This document shows, one piece after another, positions 51,780 through 64,000 of a DNA stretch of 64,000 nt. Both the position numbers and the translations under genes were made by a program. Position 1 is the first letter of the stretch, and every line of letters begins with the position of its first letter. The notes under the pieces were generated by a model, which searched no databases, had not been told where the DNA came from, and was given only the letters and a program-made list of their open reading frames with translations. The DNA is from Octopus sinensis (taxonomy: Eukaryota): contig NC_043005.1 in NCBI RefSeq assembly GCF_006345805.1, positions 106,206,001 through 106,270,000 on the forward strand, in the 5' to 3' direction.

Positions 51780-53060
51780 TTCAGTGTGTCTTGGTTTCTT
51801 TTCTGTACTGCTTTTGATGAAGCAGTGAGTCTGACAGAGCTGCTCTTCTTTGTGCCTCCGGCTGCAATGTGAGTTTATCTGGTATTTTAGATAAAAATTT
51901 GTCTAGACACACTTTGAAGACCTTTACATCTACATCTCACAAATCTCTGAGGTTGTTTGGCAGAATGCTGAATAGTTGTGGACCCTTGAAACCCAAGCTG
52001 TTACAGTATTGGGTCCTTATTCAAGATTGAGATGAAATCTCTGGGGCTATACAGTACCATCCTGTTTGAGAGAACCACCCCAAACAGTAGTGGTCCAAGT
52101 ACAGTTCTTTGAAGGACTCCACTGTGAACTGATGTCTCCTTAGAGGGAGCACCATTAGCTGCAGCTATCTGACTTCTGCCTTTTAGAAAGTCATGCAGCC
52201 ATTCTCCCAGATTTTCCAGTAATACCAAGGTCATGCAGTTTGTGACATATCATCCATCCCATGATCAACTTTATCAAAGGTCTTAGCAAAGTAGAGATAT
52301 ATCACATCCATATTTGAGTGGTTGAGCTGTTGTTTCAGTACCCAGTCATAATACTATAGTAGCTGTCTGAGGCAGTTCCTCCTTAGACGGAAGTCTTGTT
52401 GTTGCTTGTGAATAAGTTATATTCTTCGAGGAACATCATCTGTTTCTTTACTACCCACAAGAGGCTAAACATAGAGGGGACAAACAAGGACATACAAACG
52501 GATTAAGTCGATTATATCGACCCCAGTGCGTAACTGGTACTTAATTTATCAACCCCTAAAGGATGAAAGGCAAAGTCGACCTCGACGGAATTTGAGCTCA
52601 GAACGTAACGGCAGACGAAATATGGCTACGCATTTCGCCTGGCGTGCTAATGGCTCTGCCATCTCACCGGAACATCATCAGCCTCCAACTGACAATGCAT
52701 TCTATGATCTTGCTAGAGAGATAGGCCTGTAGTTTTTAGCATCTGCTCTGTTCCACTGTTATACACAGGACCTATGATATCTTCTCTCAACAGTTTGGGA
52801 AGTTTACCACATGCAAGGAAACTCAGAAAAACTATCTGCAGTGCTTTTTTCAAGAGCTTTCTCCCATGTCTTTAAGAGAATAGCTGGAAATCAATCTGGG
52901 CCCATTGTTGAGTTCAAGTTCATCTCATCAGTGGCTAAATTAACATCTTCCTCTTTTATATCGTTGTAATCGATGGTTGCCTCTTCCCCATGTGGGTCTC
53001 TGGTATTGAAAGTCTCTTCAGGTTTGCTTATTTGCATGTTTCTCAGTGGAGAGGCAAAGA
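51780..53060 (-). pseudogene. CR1-like LINE RT relic interrupted by a family B SINE
   Basis: MGPD.FPAILLK, NYRPISL, GRNCLRQLL, DVIYLYFAKTFDKVDHG, SGVLQRTVLGPLLF, GPQLFSILP. Confidence 0.85.
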
Positions 53061-53460
53061 CATTTTGGAATTGTCTACCTAGTACCTTCCTTATCCTCCT
53101 ATGCATACACACACACACATACACACACACACGCACACACACACACACACCACACACACACACACACGCAAAAGTCAACAGAAGAGAACCAGAGATTCTC
53201 AGTATAGAAAACACTGAGTAGAGCTCAAATGATCCAAACTTAGACTCTGATCTCTTTATGAGGGACCAATTTCAGGGAGGCAGGTAAAGAGTGACTATAA
53301 GAGGAATCAAGGTGAGTAGATATGGAGGTAATTATGCAGATAAACAAATTAAATAAAACAGCTTGAGTTTGGTATTCAAAAGATATATATATATACGCAC
53401 ACATGCAACAGAGTGAGCGAGGACTGAAGATTTTCATATGATGAACCTTTAAGTATAAAT

Positions 53461-53740
53461 ATCATCATCATCATCATCATCATTGTTTAATGTCCGCTTT
53501 CCATGCTAGCATGGATTGGATGATTTGACTGAGGACTGGCGAACCAGATGGTTGCACCAGGCTCCAATCTAATGTGGTAGAGTGACTACAGCTGGATGCC
53601 TTTCCTAACGCCAATCACTCTGAGTGTGTAGTGGGTGCTTTTACTTGCCACCGGCACAAGGTGCCAGTCAGGCAGTACTGGCAATGGTCATGCTCAAATG
53701 GTGTTTTTTACATGCCACCTGCACAGGAGCAAGTCCAGGG
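53461..53740 (-). mobile_element. RTE 3' end
   Basis: Family tail and UTR. Confidence 0.85.
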
Positions 53741-53774
53741 GCACTATATTTACATATTAATAAGTCAAACTTAC

Positions 53775-53866
53775 CCAGAGTACAAACGAGAGAGAAAACT
53801 AAAGGGGAAGATGTCCAACAACTGTTTCTGGGGGCTCGGAAATCCATCGTAATGTCAATATGCAGC
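53775..53866 (-). CDS. Candidate exon with start codon at 53847: MDFRAPRNSCWTSSPLVFSLVCTL (signal-peptide-like)
   Basis: Strong acceptor tttatttgcttccattacag, donor CTGG|gtaagt, ACGATGG Kozak context, phase 1 end. Confidence 0.45.
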
Positions 53867-55210
53867 CTGTAATGGAAGCAAATAAACATTCGGTAACCCA
53901 AGGTAGATTCAGTCTGTCATCAGGGTAGAGAAATTCTTACATTTCAGATCATGATGTAGAGAAATTTAAAAGTGGAATGTTTAAATGTGGAGAATAAGCA
54001 GTAATGGAGGAAGGAAGTAGGAGGCTGGTGGATGTGTGGGGAGTGTTGAGGCAGGGGAAGGATGAAAGGAGATAAAAGAGTCAGTTCAGGAAGATGGGGG
54101 TTAACAATTAGGGTATTAGGGAGGTAGTAGTTGAGGTGGAGGGTGGGAAGTAATTGAGTAGGAAGGGTGGGATGGGTAGTAATTGAAGGGTGGTGAGTTG
54201 TTGGGTTTGTGAATAAATGTCAAAATTTAGGGATAATGGCAACAGAACTATAGGAAGTTGAGGCAGTAAAAAGGGGAAGGCACTTATTAGAGGGAGGGAA
54301 AGGGTCTAATTCATAGATGTTTATATTGGTGGCTAAGGGTGAATTCAAAGAAAAGAAGTCAGGTTGGTAGCAGAGGGAGATTATTAAGGTATGTAGAAAA
54401 GTATGAGAGAAGATAGAGGGAGGTGGACAGAGTGGCGGGTACGTTTAAGTGTCTGTCTTCCATGCTAGCATAGGTTGGACATTGACAGAATCCAATAAGC
54501 CAGAGAACTGCATTGAGCTCCAGTGTCTGTTTTGGCATGGTTTCTTAGGGCTGGTCACCCCTCTTAACACCAACCACCTTACAGAATGTTCTGGGTGCTT
54601 TTTCATAACACCAACACCAATGAGGTCACCAGGTAATTGACAAAACAAAGAAAGCACTGTCCCCTTGTGGTGTTGTACTAGAGAGGGAACTGATATTATG
54701 CAAAGTGTTGAGAGGCTAAAGTATCATAGAGGGAACAGACAGAGATGTCTTGATATAGAGGAGAATTGTGGCTGTCATGCAATATTAAAGGGTGGGTGGG
54801 AGTAGCTTGAAAGATCATGATGGTGATGACAAGGTGTGAGAGCATACTATGAAGCCGCAAGAAGGTGAGTATAGGAGAGAATAGGGGCAAAGAATTGGGA
54901 AGGTGTGAAGGATGAGTGGATGTGTTCAACAGAGTGTGAGAAGAGAATGACAGATGGCTAGAGAAGTATGTAGAGATGAATGGAGTGAATGGAACTAGGG
55001 TAGAATGGAGCTCAGGTAGAATGTAGTGAATGGAGCTAGGGTAGAGCTAGGGTAGAGCTAGGGTAGAGGTGTGGTTGATGGTAAATATCAATATGGCAAG
55101 GGGAAAAGTAAAAGAATGGGTGTGGCTCAGAAGGGAGGAGGTGATATGTGACAATGCAGTAAGGGAGGAGAATAAATATATGAACATATGTGAATGCATG
55201 TGTGTGCAGT

Positions 55211-55211
55211 A

Positions 55212-55273
<62 letters not shown>

Positions 55274-55352
55274 TTGCTACTGCTGCTGCTACTGTTACTG
55301 CTGCTGCTGCTGCTACTGCTACTACTACTACTACTACTACTACTACTGCTAC

Positions 55353-55418
<66 letters not shown>

Positions 55419-55444
55419 GGATGATGATGATGATGATGGTGATG

Positions 55445-55480
<36 letters not shown>
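55211..55480 (+). repeat. Compound (ACT)n/(GCT)n/(GAT)n array
   Basis: Direct reading. Confidence 0.95.
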
Positions 55481-55482
<2 letters not shown>

Positions 55483-55521
55483 AACATTCAGAATCAAAGG
55501 TGACTTAGGAGAGAATACTCT

Positions 55522-55945
55522 TACTCTCTCTTTTACTCTTTTACTTGTTTCAGTCATGTGACTGTGGTCATGCTGGAGCACCGCCTTTAGCTGAGGAAAT
55601 CGACCCCAGGACTTATTCTTTGTAAACCTAGTACTTATTCTATCGGTCTCTTTTGCCAAACCGCTAAGTAACGGGGACATAAACACACCAGCATCGGTTG
55701 TCAAGCAATGCTAGGGGGACAAACACAGACATACAAACAAACACACGTACATATATATATATATATATAAACATATATACGACAGGCTTCTTTCAGTTTC
55801 CGTCAACCAAATCCACTCACAAGGCTTTGGTCGGTCCGAGGCTATAGTAGAAGACACTTGCCCAAGGTGCCACGCAATGGAACTGAACCCGGAAACATGT
55901 GGTTGGTAAAGCAAGCTACTTACCACACAGCCATTCCTATGCCTA
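55522..55945 (-). mobile_element. Family A SINE, full length
   Basis: Matches family head and tail. Confidence 0.9.
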
Positions 55946-56832
55946 TGAAACATACCATGTTTTCTCTAATTGTTTTGCTACCAGTGTAATTACAAACAGC
56001 CATAGACACCTCCAGGTCTGACAATATCAGATTTCTTCAAACGATCAGAAAGAATCAAACAGACAGACAGAAAGAGAGAAATAAAGAGGAAGAGATCAAC
56101 TTTTAAGACTGGTACTTTACCGCCTCTACCAAGATGAACAGCAAATTTGGCCTTAACTCAGACTATAGTGAGCCTGGAGGATTATTGCAAATCAGGAAGT
56201 CCAATGCTCTAATGACTCAGCCACTTGCTGCCTTAGATGAAATATATATCACATTGTGAGGGAAATAACCTACAAATGACTAGCATCTTATCCAAGGGGA
56301 AATTTCTCTTATCTCACCTATGTGAAACAGCAAAAGCCAAACTTAATCTTCACTACTACAAACTTCTTCAAGTACAAGAAAGATAGATTGAACTTCAGTA
56401 GACTGTTTAGACATTCTTTACTTTTCAAGTGCCATAATTACTGATATTTTCAAGATACAACAACTTCTCTGAAAAACTGGGGGAAAAAATGTTTTTAAAG
56501 TTAAAAAGTACTAAAAGAAAGAATAAAGCATATAAAAAAATTTACAAAAGTATATTAAAAAAAAAACATGAAAATATAAAGTAAATAAGAGAAATAAGCG
56601 TAAAACTGTAAGTTTGTTTGACTCCAGTATGTGTGTTCATATAAGAGTGTATTGTGTGAGTGTGAGTGTGAGTGTGAGTGTATGTGTGTGCGTGTGTGAG
56701 TGTGTGCGTGTGTGTGTGTGCGTGTGTGAGTGTGTATGTGCACACATGTGTACACATGTGAGTATGTGCGTATTATATTTGCTACATCAAATATAATAAT
56801 CCTGCATATTTTGTCAATGATTAGTAGAGAAA

Positions 56833-56973
<141 letters not shown>

Positions 56974-57079
56974 TAGTTTTAGCAAGATGTTATGTACTAG
57001 AATTTGTTGAAGCATGAAGCCATAATTGGTGAGGAACCATTAAACATATCTTGCTGATACTGCAACCTGTACAACTTAC

Positions 57080-57180
57080 ACGGGTCTCTCCAGATAGTAA
57101 GGGGTACAATAGACACACTGTGCTTATGACCAGACACCAGTCTGTAGCTAACCACACACACTAGTGTACACACAAATTGA
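57080..57180 (-). other. Candidate non-coding 5' exon
   Basis: Donor CCGT|gtaagt, no ATG, places an in-frame stop upstream of the 53847 ATG; 5' limit unknown. Confidence 0.25.
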
Positions 57181-57982
57181 AATATCTCAACACACACACA
57201 CACACACACACACAAATGCGTGTACTATATTTTATATAAAAAAAACTCTTTGCACTCATTTATACTCACTCTCATTCATATAAATTTGATGTTCATAAAA
57301 AATACATGATTTCTAAATCTATCTACCACTTCTCACTTTCTCTCTCTTTCTCTCTTTCTTTCTCAATGCATATCTATCTATCTATCTCCCTCTCACTTGT
57401 TCTCCCTCATTCTCTGTCTATATGTATAATACATATATATGTATAATATATATATGTATAATATTTATATATATATATATATACATACACACACATATAC
57501 AGACATACATACACACATATATATATGATACGCATATATACATACAGATGAACAGACACACAACCACAGTCATAAAGATACCTCTTATTCACCACATATA
57601 TCGTACACCCACACAATCAGGCAACTATACATTACACAATTGAAATATGCTCATTTACACATACATGTCATACATACACACAAACACACACGCATAAAAT
57701 ACATATAAAATGCATAAAAGCAATACATATATGTAAAATATTGTGTGTTTGTGTGCGCATTACTTTACATATATTCCAACATATACATATCCACATATAC
57801 ATATTCTAGATATATTTAATCAGATGATTAAGCTATGCACAATTCTAAAAATGGTTCAGTGCATTTCAAATGGAAAATTTTTTTTTTCTTTTTTTTCTTA
57901 GAACTATATTTTACATGTTATAAAACATTTCACTGCCAGAAATTTTTCAGACATTATATGTAGGCCTATCTATATATATATA

Positions 57983-58015
<33 letters not shown>

Positions 58016-58108
58016 CATACATATATATATATATGTTTATGTATATATGTGCGTGTATGTATATATATATATATAACTCATATATATCTTTATGTATGTG
58101 TGTGTATG

Positions 58109-58144
<36 letters not shown>

Positions 58145-58193
58145 ACTCATATATATCTTTAAGTATGTGTGTGTATGTATATATATATATATA

Positions 58194-59062
58194 CAAAGTA
58201 GTATCAAAGGGTTCCCCAGATTAGTTATGTTTAATATAAAATAACTTATTTACTTAAGTTTTAACATCGTCTCCTTCGAAATAGTCACCTTGCACAGCAA
58301 TTCACCCATCTCAGGGTTCCCTACCACTTTTGGAATCCAGCCTGGAAGTCATTTTCTGTAAGTGAGTCAAGGACCTTCTGCGATTTGCTCTGGTGACCTT
58401 TGAGCTGTATTTTCCTCTTGAAGAAGAGATAGAAGTCTGCAAGTGCTAAATCTGGTGAACAAGGAGGGTGCAGAAGCAATACCATGTTGTTTTTGGCAAG
58501 AAACTCATGACTGAGGAGATCTCTGAGAGAAGAATCCAATTCTTCATGCTCCACAGATCTGGTCGCTTTTGTCAAATGTCCTCCTTCAAATGCTTCAAAT
58601 TATCCCAGTAGAACTACTGATTGATAGTCTAACCCTGGGGAATGAACTCTCAATGGACAGTACCACATTTCCAGGTGTGATACTCGTGGCAGGTCTCCCA
58701 GATCACACATCGTCTTCCAGGGATGTTCTTCCACTCTTGAAGTACCTATGCCACTTGAGACATTGTGTATGATCCATTGCCTCATCATTGTAAGCTTATC
58801 AAAGCATACTCTATGTCTCTGTAGCAGACTTCCCAAGTTTAAGGCAAAATTTCACATTGGCTCTTTGTTCCAGCCTATGACAAAATTGCAGACTATGGCA
58901 TACACGTGATCACACAAACACAAATTTCACAACTTATGAAGTAAACACAGTGATGTCACTTGCCACACTGCCCCATGAAGGTCACTGCTAGCTCTCACTG
59001 GGCACACAATCATGTGCTGCTATCTGCTGGGAGTCAGGGAACTTTTAGCCACCACCTTGCAG
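58194..59062 (-). mobile_element. Internally deleted mariner element with imperfect TIRs and TA flanks
   Basis: EQRANVKFCLKLGKSATET...SGRPATS and HPPCSPDLALADFYLF; ends tacaaagtagtatcaaagggttccc and revcomp tactgcaaggtggtggctaaaagttccc. Confidence 0.8.
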
Positions 59063-59185
59063 TATATATATATATGCACACTTATTTATATGTAAGTATG
59101 TATGTATGTATGTATGTATGTATGTATTATGTATGCATGTATGTATGTATGTATGTATGTATGTATGTATGTATGGATGTGTGTA

Positions 59186-59232
<47 letters not shown>

Positions 59233-59862
59233 GTATATATATGTATATATTCACACACATACACACATGTTATCTTCATCATCATCCTCATCATTTAATG
59301 TCCATTGTCCTTGCTAGCATGGGTTGGACGGTTTGACTAGAGTTGGCAAGTCAGTGGGGGTGCACCAGATTTGGCATGGCCTCTATAGCTGGAAGCCCTT
59401 CCTAATTCCAACCACTTTACAGAGTGTGCTGGGTGCTTCTACATGGCATCACATGAGTGCTTTTATGTGGCAATGTACAGATACTCTTACATGTCATTAC
59501 ATGGGTGCTTTTACATTGCACTGTAGAACTGAAAATCACCTGGGAAAAATCTGATTTGGATATTACTATAGATGCTCACATTTTAAATGGCATTGAAAAG
59601 ATCAATGAGTGCTGAGACTGATGTTCCAAGCTGATTGGCAGTTGCATGTACAACACAAGTAACTAAAAACTAGATGTATGAGACCAAAAAATACATGTCT
59701 GTAGTATGCTTGAATGTGATAAATAAATTATACTGATGTTATTTGAATGCAATCTTACAGGATAACTAAGATACCCAATATGGTGACTGAAGAGCAGGCA
59801 GGAGGAAGGAGAGAAGTCTGAGGCTGGGCTGAACAACTCTTCATTAGCAAAGTAGTATGGAA

Positions 59863-60082
59863 CCCTTTAGCATTTAAACCACCCACATCCAGCCAAGATT
59901 TTCCACCTGTTTTATGTTCAAACCAGCCAGATCCAGCCTCTCACACCTATCCAGCATGTCATTCTAAATGTAAGCAATCATATCATCAAAATCTGAAAGC
60001 TCTGAGATAATGTATGATTAATTTAAAAAAAACGTGATTAAATAAGCATTATATTTGATAGAATAACCTGAATGCTAAAAGA
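59863..60082. mobile_element. piggyBac-like MITE (same family as 9262-9503)
   Basis: ccctttagcattta...gaatgctaaaaga-ttaa. Confidence 0.7.
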
Positions 60083-60226
60083 TTAAGGGATGTCATGCAA
60101 CACTAATAAGACCTGTTGATGGTGTATGACTAGGTTATACAAAAGTGTTTGAGTCTGTTCATCACTCACTGATAGCAGAGACACTATGCCCTGCCACGGT
60201 TCCAACTGCTGTAGTCAATGCCATTA

Positions 60227-60432
60227 GCCCTTTCGTTACTGTATTTATTTATGTTGAGATGCTCTGTATTTCTTTCAATTATTTTGAATATAACAAAGAA
60301 TTTAGTAAAATAACTTTGTTATCATTAAACTAGTGTTAGGAGCAAAAAATGGAACTAAGGTTTGGTGGAAGATTTTAATTCAAGACTTATGAAAACAAAC
60401 ATTTGCACTACAGAGCCAGAGCCGGTTTCAGC
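60227..60432. mobile_element. Second piggyBac-like MITE
   Basis: ccctttcgttac...gtatcgaaagag termini. Confidence 0.5.
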
Positions 60433-60479
60433 CAGGTTGGTATCGAAAGAGTGAGGTTTAATGGCTCACAGAACTGTCA

Positions 60480-61150
60480 TCGAGAACTTAGCCTACCACA
60501 ATAGTCAATAGCAGAATTAAGCTATCAACAGGAACATATCAAGGGGACAGCTTATCTGTAATGCTTTCTGTAGGAGAAGTGAACTCATTGCCAGCCCCAG
60601 TGTGGAAGCACAAAGGCTAGATGATAGGAGCTGCAAATGGAAGAAAGAGATCAACTTCCCCTTCACCTTTTTTTGCTGATGACCTTATGCTGTACTTGAG
60701 TTGATACCAAGAAGGAGAAATCAGAGCGGTCAGCATTCAGTAATGCTATATCTCACAAAGCTTTCGTAATGTTAGCATGTAAAAAGCACCCACTACACTC
60801 TTGGAGTGGTTGGTGTTAGGAAGGGCATCCAGCTGTAGAAACTCTGCAGCCTGGTGCAGACATCTAGTTCACCAGCCCTCAGTCAAATCGTTCAACTCAT
60901 GCTAGCATGGAAAGTGGACGTTAAACGATGATGATGATGATGATGAGTGCTAGTACCAACGTTTGGGGTATTGAACTGAACTCTTGAAGAAGTCCACAAC
61001 TTAGTCATCAGAACTAGGAAGATACTAATGATGACTAGCAATCTCTACATCAGCAGTGATACTGACTCGATCTATGATGAACAGAGGGATGGAGTTAGAA
61101 GCATAAGATCTGTTTAGACAGCCTTTGATTTCTGCATCATCTCATTTAGA
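60480..61150 (+). pseudogene. RT relic of an R4/Dong-type non-LTR element, interrupted by an RTE 3' end (60772-60945)
   Basis: GTYQGDSLSVML, FFADDLMLY, LMMTSNLYISSDTD.IY...DGVRSI. Confidence 0.7.
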
Positions 61151-61589
61151 ATTCAACTGAAAAGTAAAGTGAGAAATGAGTACGTTGTGTGTACATTAAA
61201 CATTGAAGGAAGTAACATCATGAGATTAGATGAACTCCTAAATGAGTACATAAATATTGATGGCTAATTGGCTGAATCGTTAATGCGTTAAATAGACGGT
61301 TCTGCAGTAATCATTTCAACCCTCTGTACCCTGAATTCACATCTCACCAAGGTCGACTTTGCTTTTCTTCTTCACAAGGTCAGTAAATTAGGGTACCTCT
61401 CAGCTACTTGAGCTGATTTAATTGACTACCCCATCCCCTTAAATTTCTTAATTAGAAAGAATTATTATTTCAAAGGTGGTGGGCCAGCATGACCATTAGC
61501 ACACTGGACAGAATACCTAACAGCATTTTGTCTGTTTTTAAGTTCCAAATTCTTTGTCTTTCATTCTCTTGGAGTCAATTGAATAAGTG

Positions 61590-61970
61590 TCAGTCATGCC
61601 AAAATTTGAAACAAGGCAGAGGTATTGTTTGCAGTTGTGTTTGTTTGTTTGTTGGTTTGTCCATGGACAAGATATCTCAAGAACCGCTGAATGGATTCGG
61701 ATGAAGCTTTCAGGAATGCTTGGCCTTGAGACTGGCACAAACTGATTAGATTTTGGGGATTGATCCGGGGCCGAGGAAGGATCCTGGATTATTTTTCCTG
61801 TTTTTTTACTTAATTTTTGAGAGTGGTCAGGTTCAATTTTACTATCCTCGTTTGTGAGACCAGTCAAGTTTATTTCAGATATTTGCATTTTAAAAATCAT
61901 CTCTGGCTAATCACTGAGAGGACTTTGGTGTTGCCTTGGTGGAGATTTGGGCTCTCTGAGTGCTCTTGTT
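61590..61970 (+). mobile_element. Helentron-associated HINE/DINE-1-like element
   Basis: 5' ...caaggcagagg, (GTTT)n, ggattcggatgaagctt, 3' gccttggtggagatttgggctctctgagtgctcttgtt. Confidence 0.6.
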
Positions 61971-62269
61971 ATTATTTGTTTTTATTCTTCCTTTCCCATT
62001 TTTTGCAGAATGCCTTCTTGATACCTTGGGCAAAGAAACTCCCTCTGTACATTGATAGGCCACTAAAATGAAAACAACAGAGTGTTCATTTACAAAATTA
62101 AATGAAGCTATGTAAAAAAGGTATTATTTATATTGAAGGTTATTGTTCTTACAGCAACAATGCTCTTCTCAATACATGTGATGTATCAGTTAAAACTAAT
62201 TTTTACATTTTTTTGCAGATATGGTGAACAATGAATCATTCAGAAATAATTTTCAGTTCCTTTATTATT

Positions 62270-62270
62270 A

Positions 62271-62306
<36 letters not shown>

Positions 62307-62730
62307 TTATTATTATTATTACTGTTGTTATTGTTTTTGTTATAAGCAGCACATGACCTTGCAGGTGGGGCCCAGTTAGAATTTTCTTCTGTTCGAGTAA
62401 TCCATCCTGCTCAAAAGGTCCCTGAATAAGGGTTAAGGATGATGAATGAAACATCCATGTTTCCAGAGGTGCATTATCCAAACCCCAAAGAATCCCTCTC
62501 AACACATGACTATGATGCTTCCACACTGCTTCTACTCGTGATCAGAGATGCACATATTGCAAGCGACTAAGGGACATGGTCAACTGATTAAGGTCAAACA
62601 ACTGACAAGCAAATCTGTGGTATTCAGTAGAATATTTGCTGTAGCCCATCTTTTATACCAAGACAAAACAATGTACATGATAACACTTCCAATCAGTTAA
62701 GATCAAAAGCCACGAGAACCACTGCCTGGT
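62270..62730 (-). mobile_element. Interspersed repeat ending in an (AAT)n tail, probably a LINE 3' end
   Basis: GC-richer block abutting a long (TTA)n tract; family identity from recall only. Confidence 0.5.
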
Positions 62731-63579
62731 AATGCATCAGTGTTATTGTTATTATTATTATTATTATCATTATTATAACATATTGTTACTGTTAGTGCTA
62801 TCTTCATTCTTTTTGATTTTTATGTCATTGCTGTTATTTCCGTCTTTGTAATATTTCTCTTTTACTACTGATATTGCCAATTTTTAGCAACATCTGCTGC
62901 TTCTGCCACTGCTGCTGCTGCTGTAGTTGTATTATTTGATGCTATATTCCAGCCCTATTTAAAAGGAAGAAAAACGAATTTGTTAAATGTTAAGTAAGCG
63001 ACCATGCATTGAATAGGGTTGATTTTAAAGCTCTAATGCTCCCTTGACTCCAGGCAATACACTCTCAGTAATTAATGCACTAAGTCACCTTGTATTGCAA
63101 GACCCATCACTAAAATCTGCTTATTGGAAAGCTGTCCATCCATCCATACATACATAAATCTATTCATCTATCCATCCATGCAAACATCCATACATATATC
63201 CATCCATCCACCCACTTACCCACTCATCCATCCGTCGATCGATTGATCCATCCATCCATCTAGTCATACATACTTACACACATGTATGCATACATACATA
63301 CGTAAATATATATACATAGATATATGTATAAGTTATTTTAGGAGCTATTTATCTCGCTCTCTCCACTAACACACATATATGCATAATTATATACATAATA
63401 TAGGTACATTATATACATATAAATATATACATATATACATTTATGTATATGCATTCGGTGAGCCTTCTTTTTTCTGTTGAGGGCTTATATGCCCCTTTAT
63501 TAGATTATTTTCCTTAGTCATTGCATGGTGATCACCATAAGCTTTAAGCTTATTAACAATACCATTATTATTATTTACA

Positions 63580-63628
<49 letters not shown>

Positions 63629-63687
63629 AGATCGGTAGCCTCTACACACATTTTTTTCTCTCCTTGTTTCTCTCCTTGTTTTTTCTG

Positions 63688-63730
63688 TGTCCCTTTCTGT
63701 GGAAGAGCATAGGCTCAAAACATAAAACAC
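63688..63730 (+). ncRNA. CpG-decayed minimal hammerhead-like motif in a TA-flanked element (63626-63820)
   Basis: CCCTTT-CTGTGGA-A-GAGC atag GCTC-AAAA-CAT-A-AAACAC; element near-identical to 13222-13385. Confidence 0.4.
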
Positions 63731-64000
63731 TTTTTCAATTCCTGAGCGTTATACTAATACAATCTGTTTCTTTTCTACACCACCTGTCTTCATCTTCTGT
63801 TTTTTTCGTGAATTCTCCCTATATATATATGACATGTTCTGTCCTCACCTTCGAAACACGCTGGAGTTGAACTAGGGACAGCTGATGAAGGGGATTTTTC
63901 CTTGTGTAGTTGTCTTGTACTCTGTTTTTTCGTTGTTAAAAAAATGGTCCGTTCCATGCTGTTTTTACTTTTTCGTTTCTCGTTGAGTTCTACGTCTAAT

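Overview
Eukaryotic, AT-rich, microsatellite-saturated DNA with no intact long ORF. The repeat families point to an octopus (coleoid cephalopod) genome; this is inferred from recalled repeat families, not from a search. Almost all ORFs in the track are translations of (TA)n, (CA)n, (TATG)n, (GATA)n and trinucleotide arrays. The window contains many tRNA-derived SINEs (several nested in each other's central TA tract) and many 3' ends of an RTE-type LINE. It also holds relics of CR1-like and R4/Dong-like LINEs, mariner and DD37D (maT) transposons, piggyBac-like and other MITEs, an internally deleted Helitron (40.2-43.5 kb), a Helentron-like HINE and a decayed C2H2 zinc-finger array. The most interesting signal is a set of short elements abutting (TA)n that carry minimal hammerhead-ribozyme motifs with non-canonical cores and long foldbacks, resembling Penelope-like or retrozyme elements. 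A tentative minus-strand gene for a secreted protein can be assembled from phase-compatible exons at 53.8, 35.1 and 33.2 kb. All homology calls were made by eye from remembered motifs and need database confirmation; most element boundaries are approximate.
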